Source: an uncultured Gemmatimonadaceae bacterium
GTDB taxonomy: Bacteria > Gemmatimonadota > Gemmatimonadetes > Gemmatimonadales > Gemmatimonadaceae
Length of the DNA: 64,000 nt
Direction: 5' to 3'
Assembly (NCBI GenBank): GCA_963829055.1
Contig: CAWHHI010000016.1
Span: 192,001-256,000 of the forward strand
Position 1 is the first letter of the stretch; each line of letters starts with the position of its first letter. Position numbers and translations under genes: made by a program. This document shows positions 38,370 to 50,475 of the stretch, piece after piece. The notes under the pieces are model-generated. The model did not search any database. It was not told the origin of the DNA and saw only the letters and a program-made list of their open reading frames with translations.

Positions 38370-41365
38370 CGCCCGTAGTACGCGCAATCGTTAGGCTGCG
38401 GCGAGGCGCCGCCGCGGGCCTGCTGGCTGCCGCAACGCTCGCCCTTTCCACGCCTGCCGGCGCGCAGGTGCGTCGCGACACGACCACCCGCCGCGATTCG
38501 GTGCGCGCCCCGGGAGACACGATCCGTGCGCCCGGCGATTCGCTCAGGGCGGACAGCACGGCGAAGGTGAAGGTCGAGTGGGCGGAGCCCGACTCCGTGA
38601 TGTCGGAGCTGTTGTCGCGCGAGGGATATACGGCGACAAAATATCAGGGCCAACGCGTCGAGCTTCGCGCGAAGGACCGCACGATAAAGCTCGAGGGCAA
38701 AGCGGCGGTGGGGCGTCCGGACGCCGTGCTCATTGGTGATACCGTCGTCTACAACGACTCGCTCGATATCGTTACGGCGGCCGGCCGGGATACGACACAG
38801 GTCGTGCTGCAGGATCCGACGGGCGCGCAGGACGATATCCGTGCGCGGCGTATCGTCTACGACATCAATGCGCGGCGCGGCAAGGCGTTCGACGTCACGA
38901 CGTCGGTCAATAGTGGGCAGATCTGGGTGGTGCACGGGACGACCACCGCCTTTTCGAACGACAGCTCCGCCGCGAAGCGCAACGCGTTCTACGCGAAAGA
39001 CGGTTGGATCACGAGCTGTACCGACTCGACGCCGCACTACCACTTCGCCGCGAAGGAGATGAAGGTCATCTCCAAGGACGTGATGGTCGCGCGGCCAGCA
39101 GTGCTGTACATCGGGGACGTCCCGGTGTTCTGGCTGCCGTTCGTCTTTCAGGATCTTCGCTCGGGCCGGCGCAGCGGCATCATCCCGCCGCGGTTCGGCA
39201 TCAGCGACATCGTGCGCGGCACCTCGACCTATCGCCGGACCGTCGAGGATCTCGGCTACTACTTCGCGCTCAGCGACTACTACGACGCGCAGGTTGCGGT
39301 CGATTGGCGGAGCGACGCCGGCGCCACGCCCAGCGATCCCGGGTGGGTTCGCTGGAAGGGCAGTATGGACTACCGCTGGCTCGACCGGTTCATGAGTGGC
39401 GGCCTCGACGTGTCGTTCCTGGAGCAGAGCGACGGTCTCAAGAATCGCACCTACTCCTGGAGCCACGACCAGCAGTTCTCGCAGCGCAGTCGCCTAACGA
39501 TGAACCTGAACTACGTGTCGAGCACGACGATCCAGCGGCGCAACACCTTCAATCCGTACAATGCGCTGGCGACGATCGATTCGCGGCTGAACTATCAGCA
39601 GACGGTCGGCGCGTTCCAGCTTGGCATCGGTGGCTCACGCAAGCAGTACCCGGGACGCGATCAGGTCGATCAGGAATTCCCGAGCTTCAACCTCGCCAGC
39701 AAACCGATCAATTTCGGGAAATTGGTGACGTGGACGCCGAGTGTGCAATTGAACAGCCGGCAGTCGTTGCACATCGACCAGACGGGCTCGTTTCTGTACG
39801 CGTACACACCGGCCGCGAGCGGTATCGGCGTCGACAGCGTTCAGGTCGACCGCTCGACACGGCAGACGAGCGCGAGCTTCGACACGCCGATCAAGATCGG
39901 CGGCTTCACGTGGACGAACTCGTTCCGCTACTCGGACAACCTGAACGACTTCCCGTTCACGAAGATCGTCGTCAACCCACGCGACTCATCGAAGAAGCAG
40001 ACTATCACGTACGCACGCGATTTCGCGACGACGGTCGATTGGAGCACGGGCATCAACCTGCCCAGCCTCCTACAGGGAACCTGGAAGGTGACGCCGTCCG
40101 TCAGCTTCGAAAACGTCGACCCGCATCCGTTACTCTACCGGTCGCAATTCTCGAACGGAGAATTCGTCCGCCAGACGAAGCGGGTGCGATACGGCCTTTC
40201 GGCGTCACCCACGTTTTTCGGATTGTTCCCCGGCTTCGGCCCCGTCGAACGTTTTCGTCATTCGATCCAGCCCGTCGTCTCGTACAGCTACGCCGGAAAA
40301 TCAGACGTCAGCGATGCCTATCTCGAGGCGACGAACCAGACACGTCAGGGCTACATCGGGTCATTGGCGCAGAACATCGTGAGCCTAACGCTGGCGACGA
40401 ACATCGAAGCGAAGATGCGCGCGAAGAGCGACACGGTGCGTGACGAGGCGAAGACGCGAGTGAAGCTCCTGTCGCTCACGTTTACGCCGCTGGACTACGA
40501 CTTCCAGCGCGCCAAGGAGACTGGCGGCTCGGGGTTTGTCTCGGAACGGTTCGGTTACTCGGTGCGATCGGACCTGATCCCAGGGCTCGATTTCGGCGTG
40601 GACTACTCCCTCTTCAAGGGAAGCCCACGCACGAGCGACACGGCCGAATTCAACCCCTTCCGCGAGTCGGTGCGCGGTTCGATCACGCTGAACCGGCAGT
40701 CTGGTCTCGTCGGCGCGGTCGCGCGGTTGTTCGGCTACGACATGTCCGCACCGCAGCCGCCGCCAGTTGCAGCCGCGCCCTCACGCGACTCGTCGGAGAA
40801 TCGATCGGTCGCTCGACAGAAGATCGCCGGCAGCGTGAACACGGCGACTCGCATGCAGGAGCAGTTCAGAGGCGGGGGCTCGGGGTGGCAGGTCGATCTC
40901 ACGTACAGTGCACAGCGTTTCCGGCCCGTGGAGGGTGCGATCGTCGTGGACCCGCAGCAGCAGTGCGCCTATCTGCAGAACGTCGATCCGTTCGCGTACG
41001 ACCAGTGCATTCAGAAGTACACGACTACGCCTGGAGTGCAGGACCCGTACGCCCCGACGACAGGCGGCAGCCCGGTCTACCAGAGCCCGCCGACGCGAAA
41101 CATTCAGGCCTCGACGCGATTCAGCATAACGCCGAAATGGGCCATGCAGTGGACCACGAACTACGACTTCATTGCCGCTGAGTTCGGGATGCACACGGTG
41201 TCGCTCCGTCGCGAGATGCACGACTGGGACGCCATCTTCGCGTTCACGCAATCTCCTAACGGGAACTTCGCGTTCAACTTCTTCATCGCGCTGCGTGCCG
41301 AGCCGGATCTGAAGTTCAACTACGATCGGCGGAGCTATGGAAGGGCGCCCGGTTCATTCCAGTAA
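38366..41365 (+). CDS. lptD: Putative LPS assembly protein LptD
   Basis: Signal peptide, jellyroll-like N-part with ITSC...PHYHF, long beta-barrel C-part with RREMHDW. Confidence 0.75.
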   Translation: MTPVVRAIVRLRRGAAAGLLAAATLALSTPAGAQVRRDTTTRRDSVRAPGDTIRAPGDSLRADSTAKVKVEWAEPDSVMSELLSREGYTATKYQGQRVELRAKDRTIKLEGKAAVGRPDAVLIGDTVVYNDSLDIVTAAGRDTTQVVLQDPTGAQDDIRARRIVYDINARRGKAFDVTTSVNSGQIWVVHGTTTAFSNDSSAAKRNAFYAKDGWITSCTDSTPHYHFAAKEMKVISKDVMVARPAVLYIGDVPVFWLPFVFQDLRSGRRSGIIPPRFGISDIVRGTSTYRRTVEDLGYYFALSDYYDAQVAVDWRSDAGATPSDPGWVRWKGSMDYRWLDRFMSGGLDVSFLEQSDGLKNRTYSWSHDQQFSQRSRLTMNLNYVSSTTIQRRNTFNPYNALATIDSRLNYQQTVGAFQLGIGGSRKQYPGRDQVDQEFPSFNLASKPINFGKLVTWTPSVQLNSRQSLHIDQTGSFLYAYTPAASGIGVDSVQVDRSTRQTSASFDTPIKIGGFTWTNSFRYSDNLNDFPFTKIVVNPRDSSKKQTITYARDFATTVDWSTGINLPSLLQGTWKVTPSVSFENVDPHPLLYRSQFSNGEFVRQTKRVRYGLSASPTFFGLFPGFGPVERFRHSIQPVVSYSYAGKSDVSDAYLEATNQTRQGYIGSLAQNIVSLTLATNIEAKMRAKSDTVRDEAKTRVKLLSLTFTPLDYDFQRAKETGGSGFVSERFGYSVRSDLIPGLDFGVDYSLFKGSPRTSDTAEFNPFRESVRGSITLNRQSGLVGAVARLFGYDMSAPQPPPVAAAPSRDSSENRSVARQKIAGSVNTATRMQEQFRGGGSGWQVDLTYSAQRFRPVEGAIVVDPQQQCAYLQNVDPFAYDQCIQKYTTTPGVQDPYAPTTGGSPVYQSPPTRNIQASTRFSITPKWAMQWTTNYDFIAAEFGMHTVSLRREMHDWDAIFAFTQSPNGNFAFNFFIALRAEPDLKFNYDRRSYGRAPGSFQ

Positions 41366-41368
41366 CGG

Positions 41369-41477
41369 GCTATCAGCCATCTGCCGTCCGCCATCCGCAC
41401 AAACAGCGTAGCCCCTCCAGTGCGCTGGCGTGTAGAGGTGGCAAGCCCATGATGGCAGATCGACCATAGCTGATAGC
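41369..41477. repeat. Imperfect inverted array of heptamer-like units between lptD and hutH
   Basis: GCTATCA GCCATCT GCCGTCC GCCATCC ... GATGGCAGAT..AGCTGATAGC. Confidence 0.5.
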
Positions 41478-41516
41478 TCCCTTGTGATCCGTTGTCACCA
41501 CGCCGACATTCCGGCC

Positions 41517-43040
41517 ATGAATGACACTGTCGTTCTGGACGGCCGTTCGCTCACATTGGCCGACGTCGAGGCGGTCGCGCGCCGCGGCGCCAAAGTGTCC
41601 CTCGCAGGCGATGCGCGGGCGCGGATGCTTCGCGCCGCCGAGCACGTCGACCGTATCGTCCGGAACCGCGAAGTCGTTTACGGCGTGACGACGGGGTTCG
41701 GCAAACTTTCCGAGGTCGCGATTCCGCCGGAGCGGTTGGCGGAATTGCAGGTCAACCTCGTGCGCAGTCATGCGTCCGGCGTAGGCGCGACCCTCCCGCG
41801 TGAGGCAACCCGTGCCATGATGCTGCTTCGAGCGAACGTGCTCGCAAAGGGCTTCTCGGGTGCGCGTCCTCGCTTGCCGGATTTGCTCGTCGGGATGCTC
41901 AATGCCGGCCTGTGGCCGCCGATTCCGGAGCAGGGGAGTGTTGGCGCCAGCGGTGATCTCGCGCCACTCGCGCATCTCGGGCTTGCGCTCATCGGAGAAG
42001 GTGAGCTGCACTCCGCATCCGGCAGCGGCAAGGCCGACGACGTGCTGCGCGCGTTCGACATGGAGCCGGTGACGCTCGGTCCGAAGGAAGGGATCACGCT
42101 CATCAACGGCACGCAGGCGCACACCGCGATCGCCGCACTTGCTGTGTGCGATGCGCGAGCGCTGTGGATTGCCGCGCACGTCGCAGGCGCCATGTCACTG
42201 GAAGCGTTGCTCGGGACACCCGTGGCGTTCGACACGCGCATTCACGAGGTGCGCGGCCAGGCCGGTCAGCAGCGCTCGGCCTCACTGCTTCGCGACCTCC
42301 TCGTCGACAGCGAGATCCGCGAATCACACCGGCACGGCGATCCGCGTGTGCAGGACGCGTATTGCCTGCGTTGCATGCCGCAGGTGCATGGGCCGGTCGC
42401 GGACGCGATCGACTTCGCGGAGTCGCTCGTGGTGCGTGAGCTCAACGCGGCAACGGACAATCCACTGGTCTTCGAGAACGGCGAGCTGCTGAGCGGCGGC
42501 AACTTTCATGGGCAGGCCGTAGCCCTGGCGCTCGATGTCCTCGCGATCGTCATGACGAATCTCGCGACGATGTCCGAGCGCCGCATTGATCGCCTCGTAC
42601 ATCCAGACCTGAACCAGGGACTGCCGCCGTTCCTGACGAAGGACGCGGGAGTGTGCTCGGGCTTCATGATGGCCCAGGTGACAGCCGCCGCGCTCGCGAG
42701 CGAGTGCAAGGTGCTGTCGCATCCGGCGAGCGTGGACACGATTCCGACCGACGGAAGCAAAGAGGACGTCGTCCCCATGGCCATGGGCGCCGCGTGGAAG
42801 CTGCGCCGCGTGGTGCATAACGTGCAACACGTCATCGCGATCGAGCTGATGTGCGCTGCGCAGGGTGTCGAGTACCGGCGTCCGCTTCGTGCGGCGCGCA
42901 GCGTCGAGGACGCGGTCAGCCTCGTGCGCGAGCTCGTGTCGCCGCTGGCGGAGGATCGCGTGCTGGCGCCGGATATCGCCGCCCTTGCCCAAGCCGTCGC
43001 GGGTGGTCGTTTCACTGAAGTCGCCATGGCTACCGCATGA
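41517..43040 (+). CDS. hutH: Histidine ammonia-lyase
   Basis: [11 protein letters not shown] motif [23 protein letters not shown]. Confidence 0.96.
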   Translation: MNDTVVLDGRSLTLADVEAVARRGAKVSLAGDARARMLRAAEHVDRIVRNREVVYGVTTGFGKLSEVAIPPERLAELQVNLVRSHASGVGATLPREATRAMMLLRANVLAKGFSGARPRLPDLLVGMLNAGLWPPIPEQGSVGASGDLAPLAHLGLALIGEGELHSASGSGKADDVLRAFDMEPVTLGPKEGITLINGTQAHTAIAALAVCDARALWIAAHVAGAMSLEALLGTPVAFDTRIHEVRGQAGQQRSASLLRDLLVDSEIRESHRHGDPRVQDAYCLRCMPQVHGPVADAIDFAESLVVRELNAATDNPLVFENGELLSGGNFHGQAVALALDVLAIVMTNLATMSERRIDRLVHPDLNQGLPPFLTKDAGVCSGFMMAQVTAAALASECKVLSHPASVDTIPTDGSKEDVVPMAMGAAWKLRRVVHNVQHVIAIELMCAAQGVEYRRPLRAARSVEDAVSLVRELVSPLAEDRVLAPDIAALAQAVAGGRFTEVAMATA

Positions 43041-44782
43041 CCACGCGCAGCGTCGCCCCCCGGGAAACCGCGATTGGCCGCGGCGCACGTCTCGTGACGG
43101 CGCCTCGCGGCAACGCGCTGTCGTGTAAAGGTTGGCAGCAGGAGGCCGCGCTCCGGATGCTGATGAACAATCTCGATCCGGAAGTCGCCGAGCGGCCCGA
43201 CGATCTCGTCGTGTACGGTGGGACGGGCCGCGCCGCGCGCTCGTGGGAAGCATTCGACGCGATTGTCACCGCGCTCCGCCGCCTCGAATCGGACGAGACG
43301 CTGCTGGTGCAGAGCGGGAAACCGGTCGCCGTCTTTCGGACGCACGCTGGTGCACCACGCGTGCTCATCGCCAACAGCAATCTCGTCGGCCGGTGGGCGA
43401 CGTGGGAGAAATTCCGCGAGCTCGAACGCCTCGGGCTGACGATGTATGGCCAGATGACGGCGGGGTCGTGGATCTATATCGGCACGCAGGGAATCCTGCA
43501 GGGCACGTACGAGACCTTCGGCGCCGTTGCACGACGTCACTTCGGAGGGTCGCTCGCCGGTCGCTTCGTGCTGACCGCGGGACTCGGCGGAATGGGCGGC
43601 GCGCAGCCGCTTGCCGCGACGCTCAACGGCGCCGCGTTCCTGGGGCTCGACGTCGAGGAGTCTCGCATCGACAAGCGGCTCGCGACAGGCTACCTCGACC
43701 GCAAGACGCGCGACCTGGACGAGGCACTCGTCTGGATCCGCGACGCCGTCGCGACCGGGCGGGCGCTGTCGGTCGGGCTCGTGGGCAACGCGGCCGATGT
43801 CCTGCCCGAGCTCGTTAGGCGTGGCGTGACGCCTGACGTCCTCACCGACCAGACGAGCGCTCACGACACGCTCAACGGCTACGTGCCGAGCGGCATCGCC
43901 GTGGGTGACGCCGCCGTGCTCCGGCAGGCCGCGCCTGACGAGTACATCGCGCGTGCCATCACATCGATCGTGACCCACGTGCAGGCGATGCTCGAGATGC
44001 AGCGCCGAGGTGCGGTGACGTTCGACTATGGCAACAATATCCGCACGGTGGCGCTCGATGCTGGAGTGCGTGACGCGTTCGACTTTCCCGGGTTCGTTCC
44101 GGAGTACGTCCGCCCGCTGTTCTGCGAGGGGAAGGGGCCGTTCCGGTGGGTTGCGCTCTCGGGCGATCCGGCGGACATCTATCGCACCGACGAATTGGTG
44201 CTCGAGTTGTTCCCTAACGATGCCCATTTGCGGCGATGGATCACGATGGCCCGCGAGAAGGTACATTTTCAGGGATTGCCGGCACGTATCTGCTGGCTGG
44301 GTCAGGGCGATCGTGCGAAGTTCGGGGTGGCCCTGAACGATCTCGTAGCCAAGGGCGAGCTCTCGGCGCCGATCGTGATCGGCCGTGATCACCTCGATAC
44401 CGGGAGCGTGGCGTCGCCATTCCGCGAGACGGAGGCAATGCAGGATGGCAGCGACGCGATCGCCGACTGGCCGATTCTCAACGCGCTGCTCAACGTCGCG
44501 AGCGGAGCGAGTTGGGTGTCGTTCCACCACGGCGGTGGGGTCGGGATCGGGAATTCGCTTCACGCCGGCCAGGTGATCGTGGCTGATGGCTCGGCGGAGA
44601 TGCGCGTGCGACTCGAACGCGTGTTGACGAACGACCCCGGCATCGGCGTTGCGCGCCATGCCGACGCTGGCTACACGAGCGCGATCGAGACCGCGTCGAG
44701 AGAAGGGATTCAGCTCCCAATGGTACCGGCCCAGGGCTCGCCGAGGGGGAACGGCGAGCCTGGGCCGGGTAACAGAACGTGA
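43037..44782 (+). CDS. hutU: Urocanate hydratase
   Basis: [43 protein letters not shown]. Confidence 0.98.
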   Translation: MTTRSVAPRETAIGRGARLVTAPRGNALSCKGWQQEAALRMLMNNLDPEVAERPDDLVVYGGTGRAARSWEAFDAIVTALRRLESDETLLVQSGKPVAVFRTHAGAPRVLIANSNLVGRWATWEKFRELERLGLTMYGQMTAGSWIYIGTQGILQGTYETFGAVARRHFGGSLAGRFVLTAGLGGMGGAQPLAATLNGAAFLGLDVEESRIDKRLATGYLDRKTRDLDEALVWIRDAVATGRALSVGLVGNAADVLPELVRRGVTPDVLTDQTSAHDTLNGYVPSGIAVGDAAVLRQAAPDEYIARAITSIVTHVQAMLEMQRRGAVTFDYGNNIRTVALDAGVRDAFDFPGFVPEYVRPLFCEGKGPFRWVALSGDPADIYRTDELVLELFPNDAHLRRWITMAREKVHFQGLPARICWLGQGDRAKFGVALNDLVAKGELSAPIVIGRDHLDTGSVASPFRETEAMQDGSDAIADWPILNALLNVASGASWVSFHHGGGVGIGNSLHAGQVIVADGSAEMRVRLERVLTNDPGIGVARHADAGYTSAIETASREGIQLPMVPAQGSPRGNGEPGPGNRT

Positions 44783-44860
44783 TACACGCACTCTCCAACC
44801 GCACGCTCGTTAGGCGAATCTAATCGGTTCCCAGTTCCCGGCTCCCCTTCCTGAGATCTC

Positions 44861-45832
44861 ATGCTTTCCGCCCGCTTCAAGCCGTATCACGTTCCGCTCT
44901 TCCTCGCGAAGTATGCCTGGTTGACGGCCCGACGCCGCCCGATCCTCGTCCACTTCGAGGTCACCATGCGGTGTAACGCGCGCTGCGGCTTCTGCGACTA
45001 CTGGAAGACGCCAGCGGAAGCGAAGGAGCACGAGCTGAAGAGCTTTGCCGACGCGGCGAAGTTCTTCAATCCGATGATGGTGACGTTCACGGGCGGTGAG
45101 CCGACGCTTCGAAAGGATCTCGAGGAGCTCGTGTCGGCCGTGAGCAAGGCGATCAATCTCAAGTACATCACGATGATCACGCACGGCGCGATGCTCACGC
45201 CCGATCGCGCGTGGGACTTGTGGCAGGCGGGAATCAACCAGTTCAACATCTCGCTCGACTATCTCGACGGGCGCCACGATACCGCTCGCGGTATTCCGGG
45301 GCTGACGGCGAAGATCTTCAGGAACGCCGCCGCGATGCGTGATCGTGGCATCGACTCGATTCGCTTCAACGCCGTGATCAAGGACGACAACCTCGATCAG
45401 ATCCTGCCCATCGCGCAGAAGGCGGCGGAGCTCAAGTGCGGCGTGAATTTCAGCGTCTACACCGCCGCGAAGAACGGCAACACCGAGCATTTGCTGCGCG
45501 ATGAGCAGCTGGACGCCATCGACAAGCTCGTCGCCGATCTGCTCGCGTTCAAGCGACGCAAGCGCGGCATCATCACGAACTCCGACTACTACATCGAGCA
45601 GATTCCGCGCTACGTGCGCGGCGAGATGAAGGAGCCGTGTCAGTCGGGCCTCCGGACGATTCACATCGATCCCACGGGTCACGTGAAGCGCTGCCCCGAC
45701 TTCCCGGTGGACTTCCACTGGTCGGAGTTCAAGCAGTACGAGCCGATCGACTGTAACGCGTGTTACTACGCGTGCCGTGGCGAGGCACAGGCACCACTCC
45801 GCCTGTCGCGTGTGCGAGATGTGATGGCGTGA
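44861..45832 (+). CDS. Radical SAM protein with short Cys-rich (twitch/SPASM-like) C-terminus, function unknown
   Basis: CNARCGFC, FTGGEP, CQSG..IDPTGHVKRCP, CNACYYAC. Confidence 0.88.
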   Translation: MLSARFKPYHVPLFLAKYAWLTARRRPILVHFEVTMRCNARCGFCDYWKTPAEAKEHELKSFADAAKFFNPMMVTFTGGEPTLRKDLEELVSAVSKAINLKYITMITHGAMLTPDRAWDLWQAGINQFNISLDYLDGRHDTARGIPGLTAKIFRNAAAMRDRGIDSIRFNAVIKDDNLDQILPIAQKAAELKCGVNFSVYTAAKNGNTEHLLRDEQLDAIDKLVADLLAFKRRKRGIITNSDYYIEQIPRYVRGEMKEPCQSGLRTIHIDPTGHVKRCPDFPVDFHWSEFKQYEPIDCNACYYACRGEAQAPLRLSRVRDVMA

Positions 45833-47214
45833 GGCCTGAGGACTGGGGACTCGAGACTGGGGACCCGGGACACCAACCAACGGACCACGCGGTGGAAGCA
45901 GGCGACCGTGATGCGCCGCGCCGCGAGTCACCAGTCCCAGGCCCCCAGTCCCTGTTGTTCGTCAACGCGTCGCAGGTAGTCACGTGCAGCGGCCCTCCAC
46001 GTGCGCGACGCGGACGTGAGATGGATGACGCCGGGGTTGTGACGGGCGTCTCAGTCGCGGTTGTTGCAGATCGCATCACGGCCGTGGGCCCGACGAAGGA
46101 GCTCGAACGAACGTACGTCGAGGCCAGGCGAGTCGACTGCGGCGGCCGCGTGCTCACTCCTGGGCTGGTCGACTCGCACACGCACGCGATTTTCGGCAAA
46201 CCGCGTTTCGAGGAACAGGAGCTTCGCGCCTCGGGCCTCGATTACATGGAGATCGCCCGTCGGGGTGGGGGAATTCATTCCTCCGTGCGCGATCTCCGTA
46301 GTCGGACCGCAGACGAGCTCCTCGATCTTGCCGTGCCACGACTCCGCCGCCTCGCCGCGCACGGCGTGACGACGGTTGAAGTCAAATCCGGCTATGGGCT
46401 TACGCCGGAGGACGAGCTCAAATCGCTTCACGTCATCCGGCGGCTCGCCGAGCGGCTCCCGATGCGGCTCGTGCCAACATGGCTCGGCGCTCATGAGATT
46501 CCGCTCGAATTCCGCGAACTTCCGGAAGGTCGTTCCGAATATGTTCGCTTGCTCGTCTCAACGATGCTCCCCGGCATCGTGTCGGGGAGGCTCGCCCGTT
46601 TTGCGGATGTATTCTGCGAACCGGGAGTGTTCACGATCGACGAGGCGAGAACGATTCTCACTGCAGCGCGATCCGGCGGCCTGGGGCTCAAGCTTCACGC
46701 CGACGAGTTGCGTCCGTCAGGAGGAGCGGAGCTCGCCGCTGAAATCGGCGCAACATCGGCCGATCACCTCGCCGCCATCTCGGAATCCGGAATCCGCGTG
46801 CTCGCCGCGTCCAACACAGTTGCCACGCTGCTTCCTGGAACCATGCTTTTCCTCGGCAAGGAGAAGCAGGCACCAGCGCGCGCGCTCGTCGATGCCGGAG
46901 CGGCTGTTGCGCTGGCGACGGATTTCAATCCCGGAACGTCGCCGACGACGAACTTTCCGCTCATCATGACGCTTGGCGTGAGTCAGCTGCGCCTAACGGT
47001 GGCCGAAGCGATGATCGCGGCGACAGTCAACGGCGCAGCCGCCCTGTCCCTGGCCGATCAGGTGGGGCAGATCGCACCGGGGTACTCGGCAGATCTGGCG
47101 CTCTTCGACGCGACCGATGTTCGCGAGCTTCCATACTGGTACGGAGATCAACGATGCGTGGGGACCTGGGTTCGGGGCCGTGCTTGTCATCCCTCTACCG
47201 TCGGGACACTTTGA
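45829..47214 (+). CDS. hutI: Imidazolonepropionase
   Basis: PGLVDSHTH, EVKSGYGL, DVFCE, KLHADE, ATDFNPG; GTG 45829 overlaps the rSAM stop. Confidence 0.95.
   Translation: MRPEDWGLETGDPGHQPTDHAVEAGDRDAPRRESPVPGPQSLLFVNASQVVTCSGPPRARRGREMDDAGVVTGVSVAVVADRITAVGPTKELERTYVEARRVDCGGRVLTPGLVDSHTHAIFGKPRFEEQELRASGLDYMEIARRGGGIHSSVRDLRSRTADELLDLAVPRLRRLAAHGVTTVEVKSGYGLTPEDELKSLHVIRRLAERLPMRLVPTWLGAHEIPLEFRELPEGRSEYVRLLVSTMLPGIVSGRLARFADVFCEPGVFTIDEARTILTAARSGGLGLKLHADELRPSGGAELAAEIGATSADHLAAISESGIRVLAASNTVATLLPGTMLFLGKEKQAPARALVDAGAAVALATDFNPGTSPTTNFPLIMTLGVSQLRLTVAEAMIAATVNGAAALSLADQVGQIAPGYSADLALFDATDVRELPYWYGDQRCVGTWVRGRACHPSTVGTL
45841..45952. repeat. Inverted heptamer arrays (GACTGGG / CCCAGTC-like) inside the hutI 5' extension
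   Basis: GACTGGG GACTCGA GACTGGG GACCCCG ... CGAGTCA CCAGTCC CAGGCCC CCAGTCC. Confidence 0.6.
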
Positions 47215-47269
47215 GCCGCCGCGGCCGCGCCGGACAGTCCGGCACTGACAGACGGATTCTCACGCGCTG

Positions 47270-50200
47270 ATGTCCGCAAACGCCGCGAAGCTGAAGAAGC
47301 GAGCCGTCGAGCTCGAACAGAAGAAACAGTTCGACAAGGCCCTCGCACTCTACATCCAGTTCCTGCAGGAGAGCGACGGCGCGTTGGACGACGTCGACGT
47401 CCCGCTGTACAACCGCGTGGGCGACCTCATGCTCCGCACGGGCAACGCGGCCGACGCGCTGAGTTACTACGAGAAGGCGGTCGATCTCTACGCCGAGCGA
47501 GGCTTTCTCAATAACGCGATCGCGCTCTGCAACAAGGTTCTACGACAGTCTCCGGGGCGCGCGTCGATCTACTACAAGCTCGGCAAGATCAGCGCGACGA
47601 AGGGCTTCAAGAGCGACGCGAAGAAGAACTTCCTCGAGTACGCCGACCGCATGCAGAAAGCGGGGCAGATCGACGAGGCATTCCGCGCGCTCAAGGAGTT
47701 CGCCGATTTATGCCCGGATCAGGATGACATCCGGCTCATGCTGGCGGAGCAGCTGACGAAGGAGAACCGGCACGACGAGGCGCTCGAGCAGCTGCAGAAG
47801 CTGCACGACAAGCTCGATAGCGAGGGCCGATCCGCCGAGGCGCGCGCCACGGTCGATCGCATGAAGTCGATCGATCCGGAAGCCGTCCCTCGCGTGTCGG
47901 GCACCTATCGCGCGCAGAAGTCACCTAATCTCATTTTCCTCGACACGTCGTTCGAGCAGGCATCCCGCGGTCGCCAGGCGGAGGCACCAACGCCGCCACC
48001 ACGAGCGGCCGCGCCGCCGGCCGGCCGTCAGGTGAGCGATCCAGACCTCGTCATACTGACGCTCGGGGATCAGCCCGACGCTCCAGCGTCTCCGGTGCAT
48101 AACGCGGCGGTTGCCGACGCGTTCGCTCTGGACATCGCCGGCCTCGACGCGCCTAACGACGAAGCGCTCGACGCGCAGGCGTTGCCGCTGCTGGACGTAG
48201 GCGGCGACGTCGACATGCCGTCGGCCGCGGCGGATCTCGAGCAGCAGGTGGTGATCGCGACGGTCGCGACGCCGCAGGAAGCGCCAGCGATCGTGTCGCT
48301 CGACTTCGATGTGGCGCCAGACGCCACCGTGTCGATTCCGCCCGCGGCCGTGGTGATCGAGACGTCAGAAGTGACGCTCACGGTCCGACACGTTCGCGAT
48401 CGACGCCCAGGCGGCCCCGGCGCCGGTCGACCTCGTCCTGGACCAGCCGACCTACGATGTCTGGTCCGCCGCTCAGCATCGACTACGCGGGCGACCTGCA
48501 TACGAGCACCGACGCACCGTCCGAAACGAGCCTCGAGGACCTGTTCGACTTCAGGGCGCCACCACGCTCCGACAACGACGTGGTCGTCGACGCCTCGTTG
48601 GCGAGCCTGGACCCCGACGTCTCGTTCCCCTCGTTCGACCTCGACGACCTTCCGTCGGCCGACGACATCACGTCGGGCGGAAGCCTCGCCGCCGCCCTCG
48701 GTGCCACCGACACGTTAGGCGCCGGGCTGGATGATCTCGACCTGTCAACGCCGGACGAGCCGCACGCGCCGGAGGACGCCACCGAGACGATCCAGATCGA
48801 GGCTTTGCGAATCGACGCGGTAGCCGAGCCAGCACGTGTCGAGGCTCCTACGTACGAATTGGCGGCGCAACCGTCCGCTGGTTCGGCCGACCTCGACGTC
48901 GATTGGCCGGTAGCAAGGTCTGTAGAACCATCCGCGCCGGCTGGCGATGACCTCGTCGAGGAATTCGCCATGACCGACGAGCCGTCGCTTGCTGCTCACC
49001 CAGCGCCAACAGAGGCGGTTGACACGCTGGACGACGCGGCGCTTCCGGAGATCGTGGAGGACCTCGCGGAACCAGTCGCGATCGAGGCGATTGCCGTCAT
49101 CGAAGTCCCGGCGGTTGAAGACACCATCGAGACGACGGTCGATGTCTCCGTGCAGGATCTCGTCGAAGAATCGCTCGTCGACGCCGCCGCCGAGCTGACT
49201 CGTTCCGAGGTGTCTCTCGACGCGGCGGAAGCATCGAGCCTAACGCCGACACCGACTGACGTCGAAGTCCAGTCTCTTCGTGTCGCGGTCGAGGCATCGA
49301 GCCAGACACCGCCAGCCGTCGCGATCGAGCCTGACGTACACGCAGAGCCCGAGCCGGAGCGCCTCGCCGGCTGGGAAGTGCAGCGCGCCCACGCAGAACG
49401 ACTGCTCGAAGCAGGCGATCGAGGCGCGGGCGTCCAGGCACTCGAGCAGGTGGCGGTGGATCTGGAACGGATCGGCGATCTCGAGCGCGCACTCACCATC
49501 GTCGATGAGCTGATTCGTCTCACGCCGGACTCGATTCGCCACCACCAGAAGCGGGTCGAGCTCGCGTTCCGCTCGAATCACCGGGCCAAGCTGATCGACG
49601 CGTACATCGAGCTGGGCGACGTGCTGTTCCGCTCCGGCGAGGAACGGAAAGCCCGCGCCGTCTACCAGCGGGTTCTCGAGCTGGCGCCCGACGATCCGCG
49701 AGCACGGGCCGCTGTGGAGTCCGTCGCGTCGATGTCGCCGCCGAGTGGCTCCGGCGCCATCGCGGCCATCGGATCGACGCCCGCCGACGCTCGTGTGCCG
49801 AACCCGCCGGCTCGTCCGCACCCGCGCGATGGCCACATGCCGTATCAGCCGGGACCGGGCGCCGGACCGCGGCAAGCGGGCGGGATAGCCTCGCCGCCAC
49901 CGACGCGCAAGCCGTCGCCGCTCGATCGCAGCGCCGCCTCGAACGGCGAGTTCGTCGACCTGGGCGAATGGCTGCGCTCCGGGGAAAGCCCGAAATCGAC
50001 CCGGATGGTGGCCGAGGAGAAGCCGCCGACAGGGGACGAGCAGGCTGACTTCCAGGAGATGCTCAAGCGGTTCAAACAGGGCGTGGCCGAGAACGTCGAG
50101 GAGGAGGACTACGAGAGCCATTACGACCTCGGTGTCGCCTACAAGGAAATGGGCCTCATGGATGAAGCTGTTGCCGAATTCCAGAAGGCCCTGAGAGGCA

Positions 50201-50475
50201 CCGCCAACCGCGTACGCGCCTACGAGGCCCTCGGCCAGTGCTTCGTGGAGAAGGAGCAGTATCACGTCGCTGCGTCGGTCCTGTCCCGCGCCATAGCGCT
50301 TGGCGAGGGAGACGACCATCATCTCGTCGGCGTGCTGTATCTTCTAGGGCGGGCGACCGAGGCGTTGAGCAAATACGGCGACGCACTCGATTATTATCAA
50401 CGCGTGTTCGCAGTCGACATTGAGTTCCGCGATGTGGCAGAACGGATCAGCGCGATCGAAGGAAAGGCGACTTGA
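47270..50475 (+). CDS. Large TPR protein with acidic low-complexity centre; two apparent frameshifts (about 48386 and 48457)
   Basis: N-terminal TPRs (ORF 47270), C-terminal TPRs with DYESHYDLGVAYKEMGL (ORF 48457); an intermediate frame reads DTFAIDAQAAPAPVDLVLDQPTY. Confidence 0.7.
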
